A stretch of 44,000 nucleotides of DNA from Basidiobolus ranarum (Eukaryota): positions 1 through 44,000 of the forward strand of contig JASJQH010000031.1 in NCBI GenBank assembly GCA_040143965.1, in the 5' to 3' direction. Made by a program: the position numbers and the translations under genes. The notes beneath the pieces were generated by a model. That model had not been told where the DNA came from. It did no database searches and saw only the letters and a program-made list of their open reading frames with translations. This document shows, in pieces, positions 10,169 to 23,598 of this stretch. Within the stretch, counting starts at the first letter, position 1. Each line of letters starts with the position of its first letter.

Positions 10169-11584
10169 TCAATAAATGTACGGAATGATCTTGTAAGGGA
10201 CTATTTCACAATATCTGTCCCAGTCCTTCTTGTACTTGAGTTGGCATTTATGGTCATCTCTAAACGATCTATGAATAAGCAACACTGCGAAGAAGATGGC
10301 ATAATAGTAAGTGAAGATGGTATCAAATCCAGTGGGCAAACACCAAGACAAAGACATGAGCCAATCGCCAAAATAGTTGATATGTCTAGATCTGCCCCAC
10401 CATCCCGAAATGATCAACTTGGATCCGGCTTCAGTGGTCATATACTTGAGATGCTGAACCTTGGGTGAGTCGGGGTTGGCACGGAATTCATTCTTTTCAT
10501 TGTTGGCGCTACGGAAGATGTAATATCCCAACAACTTGGTAGATACGATCAATGTACACCACAACATGCCAACTTCAAGCGGATGGCTGGCCAAATACCG
10601 TGCTTGAAGAGAGTAAGTAAAAGGCACCAATACTAGATCTCCAAAACTCAACATCCACCCAAACCCATCGGTAGTGATATCCATGGTAGTCAACACCTTT
10701 GTTTCGTTGTAGAGCGACTCACTGACATACCATCCTTCGAGAAGCAGTACCAAGACCATAGAATCAGTGACCTTTCCGTATGTTACGTATTGCTTCACAG
10801 CCATGGAGAAGTTCAAGAGCAACCATCCGATCAAACCAGGTCGAAGCTCACAGAAGTATTTAAGATCGAGCGAGCCGATACGGGGATTTAACTCACGGCC
10901 GATGAAAAACTATGGGATGTTAGTGAATTTTTCATTGATACTCCTAGTGAAGGAAAGCTACTTACGTCATAAAGAACGTTACCGGAATTGCCTCCAAGTG
11001 CCAACAACTTTCCTTCCCCGAAAGATGAGAGATAAAGGTAAAAAGCTTGAGTTGTGGCAACAATCACTGCCGCAGTGATGAGAGAGAGGAAATGTTCACT
11101 GACAAAAACGAAGGGTTCAGGTCCGTAAATAAACAGAGTGAGAATGACCGCTGCAAAAGTCACCAACAAAGACTTAAAAGCTAAAGCGAATAGAACAAAA
11201 ATAAACTAAGTTAATAAAGTAACTCAGTAAAGAGTAGATGAAGAACATACCATTGACTTTATACTTCAAAGTTTCTCCAGTTCTCAATTTAGTTCCCTCA
11301 CACTCCTCACATGGAAGTATGAAGTATAAAACTACGAGATAAGATACCCAACCGACATAAATATATAGAGTAGACAATTCGAAAAACGTCAATTTCTTCG
11401 CATATTGTAATAGATTTTCAATACTAAAATTCCAGAACCAGGAGGGTGGACAACCATCTTCATTGCACACCATGTATAAAAAGTAAACCAGAACATTACA
11501 AAGAGTAATGATCAAGATACTGCCCGGAGGCCCCATAAATTCGAAGGTTGTCGTCTTCGGGTTCAACTTTGTGTAAGAATACAT
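10169..11584 (-). CDS. ERG24: Sterol C-14 reductase (ERG4/ERG24 family); introns 11181-11250 and 10910-10965
   Basis: N-terminal LNPKTTTFEFMGPPG, GGNSGNVLYDFFIGRELNPR, LTTMDITTDGFGWMLSFGDL, GWWGRSRHINYFGDW and LLIHR..RDDHKC..KYKKDWDRYCEIVPYKIIPYIY. Confidence 0.92.
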
Positions 11585-11952
11585 GTTAAGCAGAATCCTA
11601 GAGCTAGGTCAGTGTAGACCGGTGATTATATATCAGCACTATCCTTGTCCCCTACGATCTAGTTCTATATCCGTCACGTGAAAACGGATATTTCGGATAT
11701 TGCGCTGATACAAATATATATTATAGCAGCTAAGATTTGTACTACATCAGGTAAATGGCCATGCATGGATGCAATTACAGCCAAGAAAAGCCGAAAGAGC
11801 GACGAGAATGTCACATCATTAACAGACGATAGAGCAACGAGAACAAAGCCACATTATTATGATTGATCAAGGTTTATTATGTTTATACAACCGTATATAT
11901 TAGAGTTATGTATGTAGAAATAGAAAGCAATCCGGATTATAAAAGTTCGCTA

Positions 11953-11978
11953 AATAATAATAATAATAATAATAATAA
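11953..11978. repeat. (AAT)n microsatellite
   Basis: About 8 consecutive AAT units in the 3' region of the PH-protein gene. Confidence 0.85.
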
Positions 11979-12190
11979 AGGATTACTAAAGAATATTGGA
12001 ATCTGTCCAAAATTTCAAAAAAGTAAGGGAGTGCTCATATGAGTGCTATCCGAAACAACATCGACTTGAAATCAATTAATCGTAGACGGGGTGTAAAAGG
12101 GAAATATTAAAAGTCTAATATTAAGTTGAGTTCATCAAGCCAAGTGGGTTAACAATAAAACCACTAATAATCCTCATGCCGATTGAATAC

Positions 12191-14221
12191 TTAATTTGCT
12201 TTCACAGCTTCAGTGACAGCAGGGAGTTGCTCTTCGGTGGTCTCGGAGATAGGTGCCTCAGAGGGTTGAGCAACAACTGGAGCAACAGTTTCGGTAGCTG
12301 GTTGAGCAACACTCTTAGGTGCTGTGATGGGGCGAACCATGGAGCTTAATCTTTTGAACAATGTAGGCTTCTTGGGCTTTTCAGCAGCATCTTCAGTTGA
12401 GGTATGCTCTTCGCTTACTACTTCAGGGGTGGTGGTCTCACCGATATTATCGACGATATCGAAGGGCTTCTCGAGGTTATCACTCTCAGAGACTGGTGGA
12501 AAGACCTCAGCCTCGGTCGAATCTTGAGGAACCTCAGCAGACTTGCCTTTCTTCAAGTTAAGGAAATTGGAGATAGTGCGCTTGAATGGAGATTCAGGAC
12601 GAACAGGCTCGGCTTGTTCCTCAGTGACAACAGGCTCCTCAGCTACAACAGCTGGGGTTTCTTCAACAACCTCAGTAATAGGGGCTTCAGCAACAGGCTC
12701 TACTACCTCAGTGACAGGAGCCTCAACTTGTTCTCCAGTGACTTCGTGTTTCTCCTCTTTCTTCAATCCTTTTAAGAATTTGGGAAGATGGAATGACAAA
12801 GGACGTGCGGCATGTTCCTCAGCTACGACAGCTGGGGTTTCTTCAACAACTTCAGCAACAGGGGCTTCAGCAACAGGCTCTACTACCTCAGTGACAGGAG
12901 CCTCAACCTGTTCTCCAACGACCTCAGGCTTTTCCTCCTTCTTAAATCCTTTCAAGAACTTAGGGAGATGGAAAGATAGAGGATTTGCGGAATGTTCTTC
13001 TTTTTTAGCATCGGCAACAACTGGCTCTTCAGCAACTTCGGGAGCAGGTGTTTCAGCAGCCTCGGGAGTAGCTTCAGCTGCTACTTGCTCAACGGCTTGA
13101 GTTTCTTCTTCAGGGATTTGAGCGGTCTCGGGTTGTTTTTCCACCTTCTTGTTAATGAAAGATTTAAAGTTGTCAAACATAGATTTACGTTTGGGTGACT
13201 CGGAACCGACTTCATTAGCATCAGCTGCAACTGCCTCAGCAGCTACACCTTCAGCAGCTACCTCAGTCTCTTTAGGAGTTTCAGCAGTCTGGGACTCCAC
13301 AACGAGATGCTCATTCTCGTTATCTGATCCAGAAAATACTTCATTGTCAGATAAGATACCAGTGGGTAGAGGAAGAGTAGTTTTGGGGTTAAATGCTTGA
13401 CGATTGACTAATTTATCGTAAGTTTCTTTGTATTGTGCTGTTTCGGCAGGATTGGACAAAGTGGAAATTGAATCAAGCTTGGTTTGGACGGTATGAACCC
13501 ATGATTTGGCTTCATCAGCAGTAGGAGCAGCTAAAACATATTCTCTAGCATGAGTTTTGATGGAGAAAGCATGGGGTTTTCCGGCTTTGACAGCTGCTAC
13601 AGATTCAATATTGCCAAGATTGACGATTCCAAGAGGTACCTCGACATGATCAGGGTTGGTAGATTTGTAATAGAACAATAATCCTTCACCAGAAACAGTG
13701 GCAGATGCAATATCATGGAACAGAGAAGAGTTTGCTTTTTCAAACTCCTCTTTACCAGCGGAAACTGCCTTGGTATATTTCTTAGATACTAAACGTAATT
13801 GTTCGAGAGCAATTGGCTCAGAATGGAATGCGAAGTAACGGTTTTTCCACAAACGGAGAGGTCTGGGACCACGCTTGTAGAGAACACCATTCTGCACCTC
13901 TTGAATATCTTCTGGAACTTCAGTAGCAGCTTCAATGGCAACAACAGCTTCTTCAGCAGGAATAGTCTCAGCGACAGGGGAAGGTTCCTCAGCTGAGATG
14001 ACTTCAGAAACAGGTGAAGGCTCTTCAGTGGAAGCAATAACCTCTTCCACAGCTGGGATTTCTTCAGTGACAGGTGTAGGCTCCTCGGTGGAGGCAGCGA
14101 CCTCCACTTCAGCGGGAACAGCAGGTTCCTCAACTAAGACAGGCTCAGTGACAGGTGTAGACTCAACTAGGACAGGAGTCTCCTCATGATTGATGGGAGT
14201 ATTTTCAACGACGGTGGTCAT
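12191..14221 (-). CDS. PH-domain protein (Meu6/PH_6-like) with long Glu/Ala/Val/Pro-rich disordered flanks
   Basis: 676-aa uninterrupted ORF. PH core QNGVLYKRG...WKNRYFAF...ASATVSGEGLLFYYK...PLGIVNL...FSIKTHAREYVLAAPTADEAKSWVHTV. Apparent 5'-UTR intron 14240-14392 (GTAAGA...TTAAC...TAG). Confidence 0.85.
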   Translation of the reverse strand: MTTVVENTPINHEETPVLVESTPVTEPVLVEEPAVPAEVEVAASTEEPTPVTEEIPAVEEVIASTEEPSPVSEVISAEEPSPVAETIPAEEAVVAIEAATEVPEDIQEVQNGVLYKRGPRPLRLWKNRYFAFHSEPIALEQLRLVSKKYTKAVSAGKEEFEKANSSLFHDIASATVSGEGLLFYYKSTNPDHVEVPLGIVNLGNIESVAAVKAGKPHAFSIKTHAREYVLAAPTADEAKSWVHTVQTKLDSISTLSNPAETAQYKETYDKLVNRQAFNPKTTLPLPTGILSDNEVFSGSDNENEHLVVESQTAETPKETEVAAEGVAAEAVAADANEVGSESPKRKSMFDNFKSFINKKVEKQPETAQIPEEETQAVEQVAAEATPEAAETPAPEVAEEPVVADAKKEEHSANPLSFHLPKFLKGFKKEEKPEVVGEQVEAPVTEVVEPVAEAPVAEVVEETPAVVAEEHAARPLSFHLPKFLKGLKKEEKHEVTGEQVEAPVTEVVEPVAEAPITEVVEETPAVVAEEPVVTEEQAEPVRPESPFKRTISNFLNLKKGKSAEVPQDSTEAEVFPPVSESDNLEKPFDIVDNIGETTTPEVVSEEHTSTEDAAEKPKKPTLFKRLSSMVRPITAPKSVAQPATETVAPVVAQPSEAPISETTEEQLPAVTEAVKAN
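12637..12998. repeat. Intragenic tandem duplication, 2 x 180 bp (60 aa)
   Basis: The lines at 12661 and 12841 are near-identical at an offset of 180. The protein unit PLSFHLPKFLKGxKKEEKxEVxGEQVEAPVTEVVEPVAEAPxxEVVEETPAVVAEE occurs twice. Confidence 0.92.
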
Positions 14222-15465
14222 GTTATTCTTGATTAGATCCTACAAATACATGAAAGGGTTAACAACTATAGTTTAAAGGCCTAAACATGTAACGTCACTA
14301 TAGTAGTAAATATGCGGCAAATACATGTCAGTAGCCAAATATTTACAACATGTAAGCTACATCCTGATAATTCGAAATGTTATTTTTCTTACCTAAAATA
14401 GGTAGGTAGGGGAAGATGATCAGGAGATGTGGACTTAATAGAAAAGAATATTTGAGTTCTCATACGGATGTCAGGGCTTATATATGTTTTGAACGGCAGG
14501 CCTGATTCCAATCAGATGATTGCGAATAAGATTAAGGGATCTTAGGGGCTTAGCCGATATAGTACTTCCTGATAGCAATTGAGTATTGTCACAAACCACT
14601 CAAACCATTCAAAACATTAAGGTTCTGCACCGAAAGAGCGAAATCACCATGCACAGAAGGGTGGGGTTAGCAAAACAATGGCATTCACATGGATATAAAT
14701 AAATGTACATAAATATATACACATGCCAAACAACACTAGCCTGGTATGTACGAAAATAACAAGGCCTATCCGACGCTGCGCTGAAGAGCTTCCAACACTA
14801 GCCATTCCATCGACACCGCTAACAGTATCTAACATCCGAAGCTAAGACATTGATAAGATACTGTTTAAGGATAATAAGAATCACCTAATCAAGACGAAAC
14901 TTAAACATTGACAGGTATTTTTCTTCTCTGTCGACCAATCATCAAAACGCATAATGGATATCCCAATAGCAAAGGTTGGGGAGAACAATCTAAGGAATAG
15001 TCCATATAGCAGCATCAGACCGCATCAAATCTCCATCGCACGTAGTGCTACCTTAGGATGGTCTCATACTCCCCTGTCTGTTTGGCTTCTTAGTTCCAGA
15101 TATAGTCCCTGATTGCTGGAATAGCCTTTTGCCTCGTTCTTCACTCTGTGCTTCTCCGGCTCACTCGAGTGGTTTGTCTACTCCTACCGCGAGAATAAAC
15201 CTGTTACCACCACTGTGGCCAAAACATCTAGAATAAACACTGAAGTTGAGTTACAGCATCAGGTGATACCAGCCTGATACAACATGACCAAATATCCGAA
15301 TCTATTTATACAATCATAGTTGTGTGCCATGAGTAGTGCCACCTAATATATGCTTTTATATTTGCCTAACTCAAAGCAGTAATTGCAATAGTAAATCAAT
15401 TTAATCTTCCAACGTGCATCCAATGGCTGTCATCCTAATGTCGCTGATCGTTTTCAACCATTTAG

Positions 15466-16606
15466 CAGAACCACTCTTTCTGGACCACTCTAGATGCATA
15501 TATGTGGAGTATCTTACTTCCGCAGCTCTTAAATGTATTACACAGGCAATGTCGATGAGTCCACCCATTGGCGTACACCGCTCTCGATGACATGGTAGAA
15601 CTTTATTTATGTTCTTTCATTTATCGCATTTAGCATTCAGCATTCAGTATCATGGCGCATTCATTCAGAGTCAACTGCTGCTATTTAAGGACCTTTTAGT
15701 GGCTCTCGAATCTGTGTCTTTGATTACCAAAACAAGCCGTCTATGACCAATCCAATGACACAGTTAGAAAGTTTGCTCATGTTCGCTTAAAAGAGTATGC
15801 TCAATGCCTCTTCAAACTTGTAGGTTTATGGATGCGCACCACCAGAAAGTCTCTGAGGCTGACAAATTAAACACAGACATAAGACTCATTGAGGAAAGCA
15901 AATCCACCTTAATGTAAGTGATGAGATTATCTGGCGTAGACACTGTCATATCAATCCATACATGCATATATATACCAGAGGTGCGTTCGAATCTTTGGCG
16001 AGGATATTTTTCGAAACTCAAGAGTTCTTGAAGCATTTGGCTTGTACTCGCATATCAACCCTTTCTGAGGATCCCCAGAGTTGGATCAACTTTGAAAGTA
16101 GAGGTATTCTTATTTCAAATAAAAACCACAAATACGATATGACAATGATGTCCTTTTATCCAGCCGAAGAGTTAGTTACTAAATTTCTTGCTTGGAAGCC
16201 ATCTTCATTGGCTCCCACACCTCCCGACAATAATGGTAAACGCACAGATTCCATGATTGATTGACGTAATAGTAATCATTTTAGTGAGTGAGGCTGGATC
16301 TAGATCGAGGTAAATTCTTGCTTGTTCTTGATAAGTCAATGGTTTTAACTTCACTCTACACTAAGGGATCCGGATGGGATTACTAATGAGCAGTTGTGGG
16401 TGAGATTGAACGAGTGCCAAAAAGCACTGACGGAATATGAAAACGAATTGAGCAAGATTCAGTGGTTCGTTCAAATCAACACATTGTTCTGAGATTAGTA
16501 ATAATACTATTCCATTTAAAGCTACAATCTCGAAATGACCTGTTGCCGATTCTTGAAAATGAAAGAGACACGGATGGATTTTGCCGCTTCTTCGAACACC
16601 AACTAA
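15466..16606 (+). pseudogene. Cryptic multi-exon gene of unknown function with an apparently decayed 5' part
   Basis: Exons 15824-15913, 15979-16103, 16164-16235, 16285-16309, 16366-16464 and 16522-16606 are joined by GT-AG introns of 49-65 nt that keep one open frame. Upstream exon-like blocks (15466-15594, from 15669) contain in-frame TGA. Confidence 0.45.
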
Positions 16607-17424
16607 AGAGCGTGGAATTTTCTATAAACTCCTGTACATGGTGTATATGGAGATATTGATTTTGTTTCACTCAAGCATCTGATCAGGGCGGACTATATTT
16701 AATAATTGGCGACTTGCATTGCTGAAAATCATGTACTATTATGAATACTGAAGATCATTAACCCATGCAACAAACATATTTCCAAGACGGCAGGAGGTGT
16801 GGCAAAATGATTATCTCCCCCTACTTTTCATTCGTTGCGTGTGTGGGTCATTGCTGAGACATACTTGACTACTCTAGCTTTAAAGTTTGAAGATCTTCTG
16901 GTCCCAATTAAACTTGGTATAACTCAAAGGTCTGTTCCACTTCACTATCAAACAATGTCCTTATTGCACTCTAGTCGAAATGATTCTTGGTCATGGAGAA
17001 GATACATGTTCAGAACAATGTCTCGGTAGAATTTTGTCTTCACCATTATTGTGTGTAACTTTGGTGTTTAGAAAACTCTTCTAGTGGTTGATGGTTATGT
17101 ATTGATGAGTGCTAATCAACTTTTCAGACATGTTAAGAGGTGTAGAAGAAATCGTGTAGCAAATCTTTACCAATAGATGTGGATGTACTTCACAAAATCT
17201 CGGTAAAATGAAAAATAATAATAATATCAATGTTAATAGGATGGAGTTGCGGATCAACTTGAATCCCCGAGCCATCTGCATTGGATTCTAATTTACCCCA
17301 GTTTTTTTGCCTTTCTTCACTTGGCACAAGGTAGTATTCTTGTTAGTTGAGACCTCATAAAGATTTATCTCTTTGTTTCGTTTAGATACCCTTAATCTTT
17401 TATACTTACCAAATACTTTAATAA

Positions 17425-18384
<960 letters not shown>

Positions 18385-18880
18385 TTTCATTTTCTTCTGT
18401 TTTGGCTTTGTTTCTTCAATAAGTATTATAAAATCCTTCACCACACAATAAAATGATACAAAGAAATACCTTTGCTCAAAGTGTAAAAACTAGGTTTAGT
18501 GGTTTGTTTTAACGGGGAAGGCGGTTAGGGAGTTATAATAAGCATTTCAGGCATTTGCATAGCAGAGCCTTTTAACAAGCACTATTGCACATGATATTCA
18601 GTTGCTCAGCCTCCCAGATGGTGAGATTTGTATCGGGATTAAGTGCAATACTAACACGTAATTGGTTCAATTTGGAAATACGGGTGATTCATTTTGATGT
18701 ACGTTCCGTTTGCCCTTAGAGAGCTTCTTGGAACAGAGTGATTCGTTTGTGAACAACTTTAGACTCTTCACTTAATTTTCTTCACTTTATTATTTCAAGC
18801 ATATTTCTAGGGAATCTTACTTTTTGGTTTGATACTTATTATATACCTCATTTAACTATATTTGTTCTTAAACTAGTAAT

Positions 18881-19882
18881 ATGATTCAAGACAACGGAAA
18901 ATCAAGTGCACATAATACTAGTTGGAATCCAACACTTCAATCCAACGGGAACGGACATCTTTCACACACCCTACATAACAATAAGCCTTCAAAAAATGGT
19001 CATCTCTCCAATTCAGAACAAGGTAACACTCAGCAAGTCAGTCAAGCCACTCAGCGTGGTTTTCCAACTCAACACAATGCTATCTGTTCGCACCTTTATC
19101 AAGTTGGTTTCCTTTCAGGAGCCTTTTCTGATGTAATTTTGCACGTACCCAACTTTCCTGCCAACAACGTCTACAAGTTGCATTCGCTTGTGTTATCACG
19201 CTCACCCTTCTTTCACCATTTATTAACGACTTCACCCAATCCACGTGAGCTGACTCTTAACTTAGAAGACTCGAATATTTCGGACGAAGGTTTGGTTATA
19301 GCACTTGGGTATCTTTACGCTGGTTTTCCACAACTTCAGGTCAACTTGACAAACGCTCTAAGTGTATTGGCCGCTGCATATTTTTTACAGTTGGAGGATC
19401 TCTGCGCTATTGCTACTGAAGTCGCAAAGAAGAATATCTCTCGACAAACTGTTATTGGATATACACGCTTTGTAGATCAAACCAACGGAGCTGGATATGG
19501 AGCTTACTCGGCGGATATACGAGAAAGCTGTTTCGATTTTCTAACTGGGACGCTTCCTAAAGAGACAGAGGCCTTTACCAGTGGGAATAGTGAGAGTTAC
19601 TTAACACTCATTGAAATATATGTAGAGTTGCCCTTTGATTGGTTAAAGAGATCAATTGAGTCTCAAAACCTACACGTCCCGTCGGACATGGATAGATACA
19701 ACTTTGCCAAAGAGGTGGTTTCAAGAAGAGAAAAGAAACGCACTGCTGGAAAAAGAGGTAATGGGGAAGAGTCGGTTGTACTAGCATTTGGAGCTAAAGT
19801 AGGGGGCAGAGTTACTTTGGTCAGAAAACCACTCAAATCACAAAAAAGAACACTTTGGAGAGTTCCAATGAACAATCATTAA
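18881..19882 (+). CDS. BTB/POZ domain protein (putative Cul3 adaptor), single exon
   Basis: FSDVILHV...YKLHSLVLSRSPFF...ALGYLY...NALSVLAAAYFLQLEDL, followed by a BACK-like helical region and a basic C-terminus. Confidence 0.85.
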   Translation: MIQDNGKSSAHNTSWNPTLQSNGNGHLSHTLHNNKPSKNGHLSNSEQGNTQQVSQATQRGFPTQHNAICSHLYQVGFLSGAFSDVILHVPNFPANNVYKLHSLVLSRSPFFHHLLTTSPNPRELTLNLEDSNISDEGLVIALGYLYAGFPQLQVNLTNALSVLAAAYFLQLEDLCAIATEVAKKNISRQTVIGYTRFVDQTNGAGYGAYSADIRESCFDFLTGTLPKETEAFTSGNSESYLTLIEIYVELPFDWLKRSIESQNLHVPSDMDRYNFAKEVVSRREKKRTAGKRGNGEESVVLAFGAKVGGRVTLVRKPLKSQKRTLWRVPMNNH

Positions 19883-20566
19883 GTATGTCTTTCTTATCAT
19901 GTATAATCTAAATTTTGGTCTGTAATGATCTTTAAACAAAATTTGACATTCCCTTTCTTTCACTTTCCCACTTTTCCTTAAACTGTGATTCTTTATCGAA
20001 GTCACTGTCCCTTATTCTCAACTACTCCTCTTATTGAACTACACATTGAAATGATTGTATCCATATAGCAAAAAAAATCGAAATATATATACTGCATACA
20101 CACAGAAATGCATATATATATACGTATGGTACCCATGCTTTCTTCCCTCACCTTGCCCTCACATCTCACTATTTATTAAAGAATGGTGCATCAACACCAA
20201 GCTGAAGAACAACAAAATCAGCTGGTCTGAATTTCGCTTTCTCCAAGAATTTATACAAAGAAAGAACTCATCAATTGACGCTTCTTTACATCAAAATCAG
20301 TATCCATTCCTCATGAACGACTCTAGATTGAAATAAATGGAGCTCTAAGCGTGAATTAATTTTAAATGCGGAGGTTGAATTTATTTACGGTAAGGAGAAT
20401 GCTCAACGAGTTTGGGATGATAAAAGATAGTGAGCATATACAACAAGATCCAGGATTTAGTGATTGTTTTAACATTGGAGGATAGGATTCAAATCTATTA
20501 CTCAAGTATGCTTTCTAATGCTATGGAATCCCATTAGGCTATGGAAAAAGCTACACGCTGACTAGA

Positions 20567-22863
20567 TTATTCGGTTTTCTCGATTGCTCTTGCTTTCCAG
20601 ATTGCATCAGAAACTTTCACTACATCGATCATCTGTTCAACATCGTGAACACGAAGAAGATTAGAACCACCTGCGATGGATGCAGAGCAGGCAGCAGCAG
20701 TTCCCCAGACCCTTTGCTTGGCATCAGATTTTTCAGTCACTTCACCGATGAAGCCCTTACGAGAAGGTCCAACTAGTGTGGGGAATCCATTTAAAGAGCT
20801 TTCTGCGCTAACAATATCAGGAAGGTGACGTAAAATCTGGAAGTTTTGTTCAGAGTTTTTGGCGAATCCAATTCCTGGGTCCAAGATGACGTTCCAGCGA
20901 TAAAGACCAGATTTAATACAGTTTCTAACAGTTTCGGTTAATTTTCTGACAATATCGGCAATAACATCATTGTTTTTGTACTCGGTTAAAGACTGCATGG
21001 TTTTTGTGTTGCCTCTCATATGCATCAAACAAACTGGTACGTTCAACTTGGCCATTATCTCGAACATTTTAGAATCCAATGTTCCTCCAGATACGTCGTT
21101 GATCAAGTCCGCTCCAGCTTCAATTGCTCTTTCAGCAACTTCAGCACGATATGTATCTACTGATATAGGAGCAGTGACTCCTTTTTCACGAAGAGCTTTG
21201 ATGACTGGTATCACTCTGTTAATCTCCTCTTCAATCGAAATTTCCTCAGCCCCTGGACGAGTAGACATTCCACCAATATCAATGATATCAGCGCCATCCT
21301 GAACTAGTTTCTCAGCGTGCGTTACGGCAGAATCAAGATTGCTATGTAATCCACCATCGCTGAAACTATCGGGTGTAACATTAAGGATACCCATGATGTA
21401 TGTTTTTTTGTTCCAATTCCAAAGATTATCTCCAATAGGCATGACTTTAAGAATCTCTTGTTCAATCTCTGGCTGAACGTAAACAAGTTGCGATAATAGC
21501 TGGCCACATGTACGGAATAGCTTGGGGTGCTCGAAATCGGAAGCAATGTCACACAATGGCTTTAGAACAAAGCCTCGCTCTTGAATTCGTGGGTGAGGGA
21601 TCTCTAAAGTGGGAGACTGGTACTCCATATTGTCATAGAATAAGATATCCAGATCGATAGGACGAGGTCCATTACGGACGGTTGGAACTCTACCAGTTTC
21701 CTTCTCAATAGTTTTGCACAGTGCCAGGAGGTCAATAGGGTTCAGCTTAGTATAGATCTAACAATGGTTTTTGATAACGGTAAGCAAGTACTAAAGGAAT
21801 CAATTGAAATTTGAACTTTGAACTTTGGTTATACCTTACAAGCGCTGTTGAGGAAAGGTGGTTGTTCGGTCAGATACATCGGAGGTGTCTCATACAAAAA
21901 CGAAGTATCCACAAGTCTACAATCGGGATGCTCGTGAAGGGTCTTTAGAGCGGATTTGATATTGGCCACACGGTCACCAAGATTTGTACCAATAGCAAGA
22001 ATACTGACATGCTCGTCTTTAGTAGGATAGACCTTGGTCATGATGTCCTCCGAACCAATATTAGTATTAAGTGCAGGTGGGAAATCGGATAGCTCACGAG
22101 TAACCTCAACACCAGCACCTTGAGCATAAATTAAAGCACTAGGTTTTTCCACTTTAACGGTGATTCTAGGAACATGGCATTTCTCGAGTGCGACTTTAGC
22201 AACTGAAGTGGATAAGGCCTCAACAGTTTTATAGTCTGATTCTTCCACGTGGGCTGTAATCACTCGAGCTATAGTAAGATAATTATGAGGCTTTACCACA
22301 CGGTCAATGTTAGTTCCCAGATACATAGGATCAGAGTGGATAGTTAAATTGAGTAAAACAGTCTGCTTATGCTCTCTTTCCCAAGGATTGCAGCCAATAA
22401 TAGCACTAAGTCTCAAATTCTTAACGAAAATAGTATCGTGAGGCAAGTTAAAGGCCTCATTTACTTGCACCTTCTCTTCTTCAGATATATCTTCAAAGTC
22501 TGTTTTGACTCTAGTGATCTCGACTCCAGCCGAGTCAGCATTAAGTAGAGCTCTAGGTTTCTCCACTTTGATGTTGGCTATGCCCGCGTTAAAATCATAT
22601 AAACAGACACGCGCGATACCGTTGGCAAAAGCCTCCATAGAGCGGTGCTTGGATTCCTTGGCGAATTTCTGAACACCCTTGCATAGATGGCCATAATGAA
22701 TGGAGGTAGTTAAGTTATCGTTATCACCAGCGTTCGAAACGTTCGTGAACAAGACTATGTTCAAAACAACCGGTTGAGGCTTCTCACGTTCCCATGAATC
22801 CACACCGAGCGTGGTTTGGACCATAAGATCCCTGAGGATAATCTTGTCTTTAAAACTGGTCAT
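20567..22863 (-). CDS. FOL1: Trifunctional folate synthesis protein (2x dihydroneopterin aldolase, HPPK, dihydropteroate synthase); intron 21758-21834
   Basis: Two DHNA repeats (LGVDSWEREKPQPV / IGCNPWEREHKQTV, each with KVEKP). HPPK motifs LAIGTNLGDR...YETPPMY...QPPFLN...NGPRPIDLDIL...IPHPRIQERGFVL. DHPS motifs MGILNVTPDSFSDGG...DIGGMSTRPG...LDPGIGF...SRKGF...LRVHDV. Confidence 0.96.
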
Positions 22864-23598
22864 AGCAGTAACGGATAAAATGAAAGCGGAGTATGGATAT
22901 TTGTTACTTGAAACAAGTATGAATTTTGGAGATTATCTCACTTTTTTAGAAAAACGAAAAAAATCGAATATACGTGTACGTGTAATTACACAATGGATTT
23001 TTCGACTCGGTGAGGATTAAACTACAGAGTTCTTTCAAATGGGGTTCGCCTAAGCTCATGTAATCTAATCGCCGAGCGATAATCGTGTACCTTATCGTTA
23101 GCCTCAGACCCACAAATAACAATGCCGATAATTTACTCATTTCCTCTGGCATTCATTGGTAGCCTAGTGGAAGAAGTGGAATTCACGAACCAGTACTAAC
23201 ATGATGAGATTATCAATCACAATAGTGACTAATAGAGTAATTCATTAAATAGTATTCAGCTCTGGTGCGTCCCAAGATTCCCTTTTCAACCAAGGAATAT
23301 ATCCATTAGAGACAGCAGCCTACATATGGAGCATTCATTTGCCAAGTGGCTGGTGGACTTTTATAATGGGATCTTTATTTCAGATGGTAGTTGATCTTCC
23401 TGGTCTCTAATTTAGTGTCCAAAATCAAGAGTTCATCAGTTGACGGTCATCATCTCATTAGGGGTGATGATGGGTGATTCTGTAGTCAGAATGTGGTCAG
23501 CAACATCCAAGCGATCGATACAAGAAATACTCAAGATACATGGTGATGTGGATTAATTTACTTTGTATAGTATGTTTTCGTTTTTTATATATAGTATT

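Noticed and set aside
12324-14189. Several long plus-strand ORFs over the PH-protein gene
   Set aside because: They are antisense shadows of biased, repetitive codons (GAA/GCT/CCT/GTT).
20567-22863. DHNA-DHNA-HPPK-DHPS fusion as a novelty
   Set aside because: This is the standard fungal FOL1 architecture.
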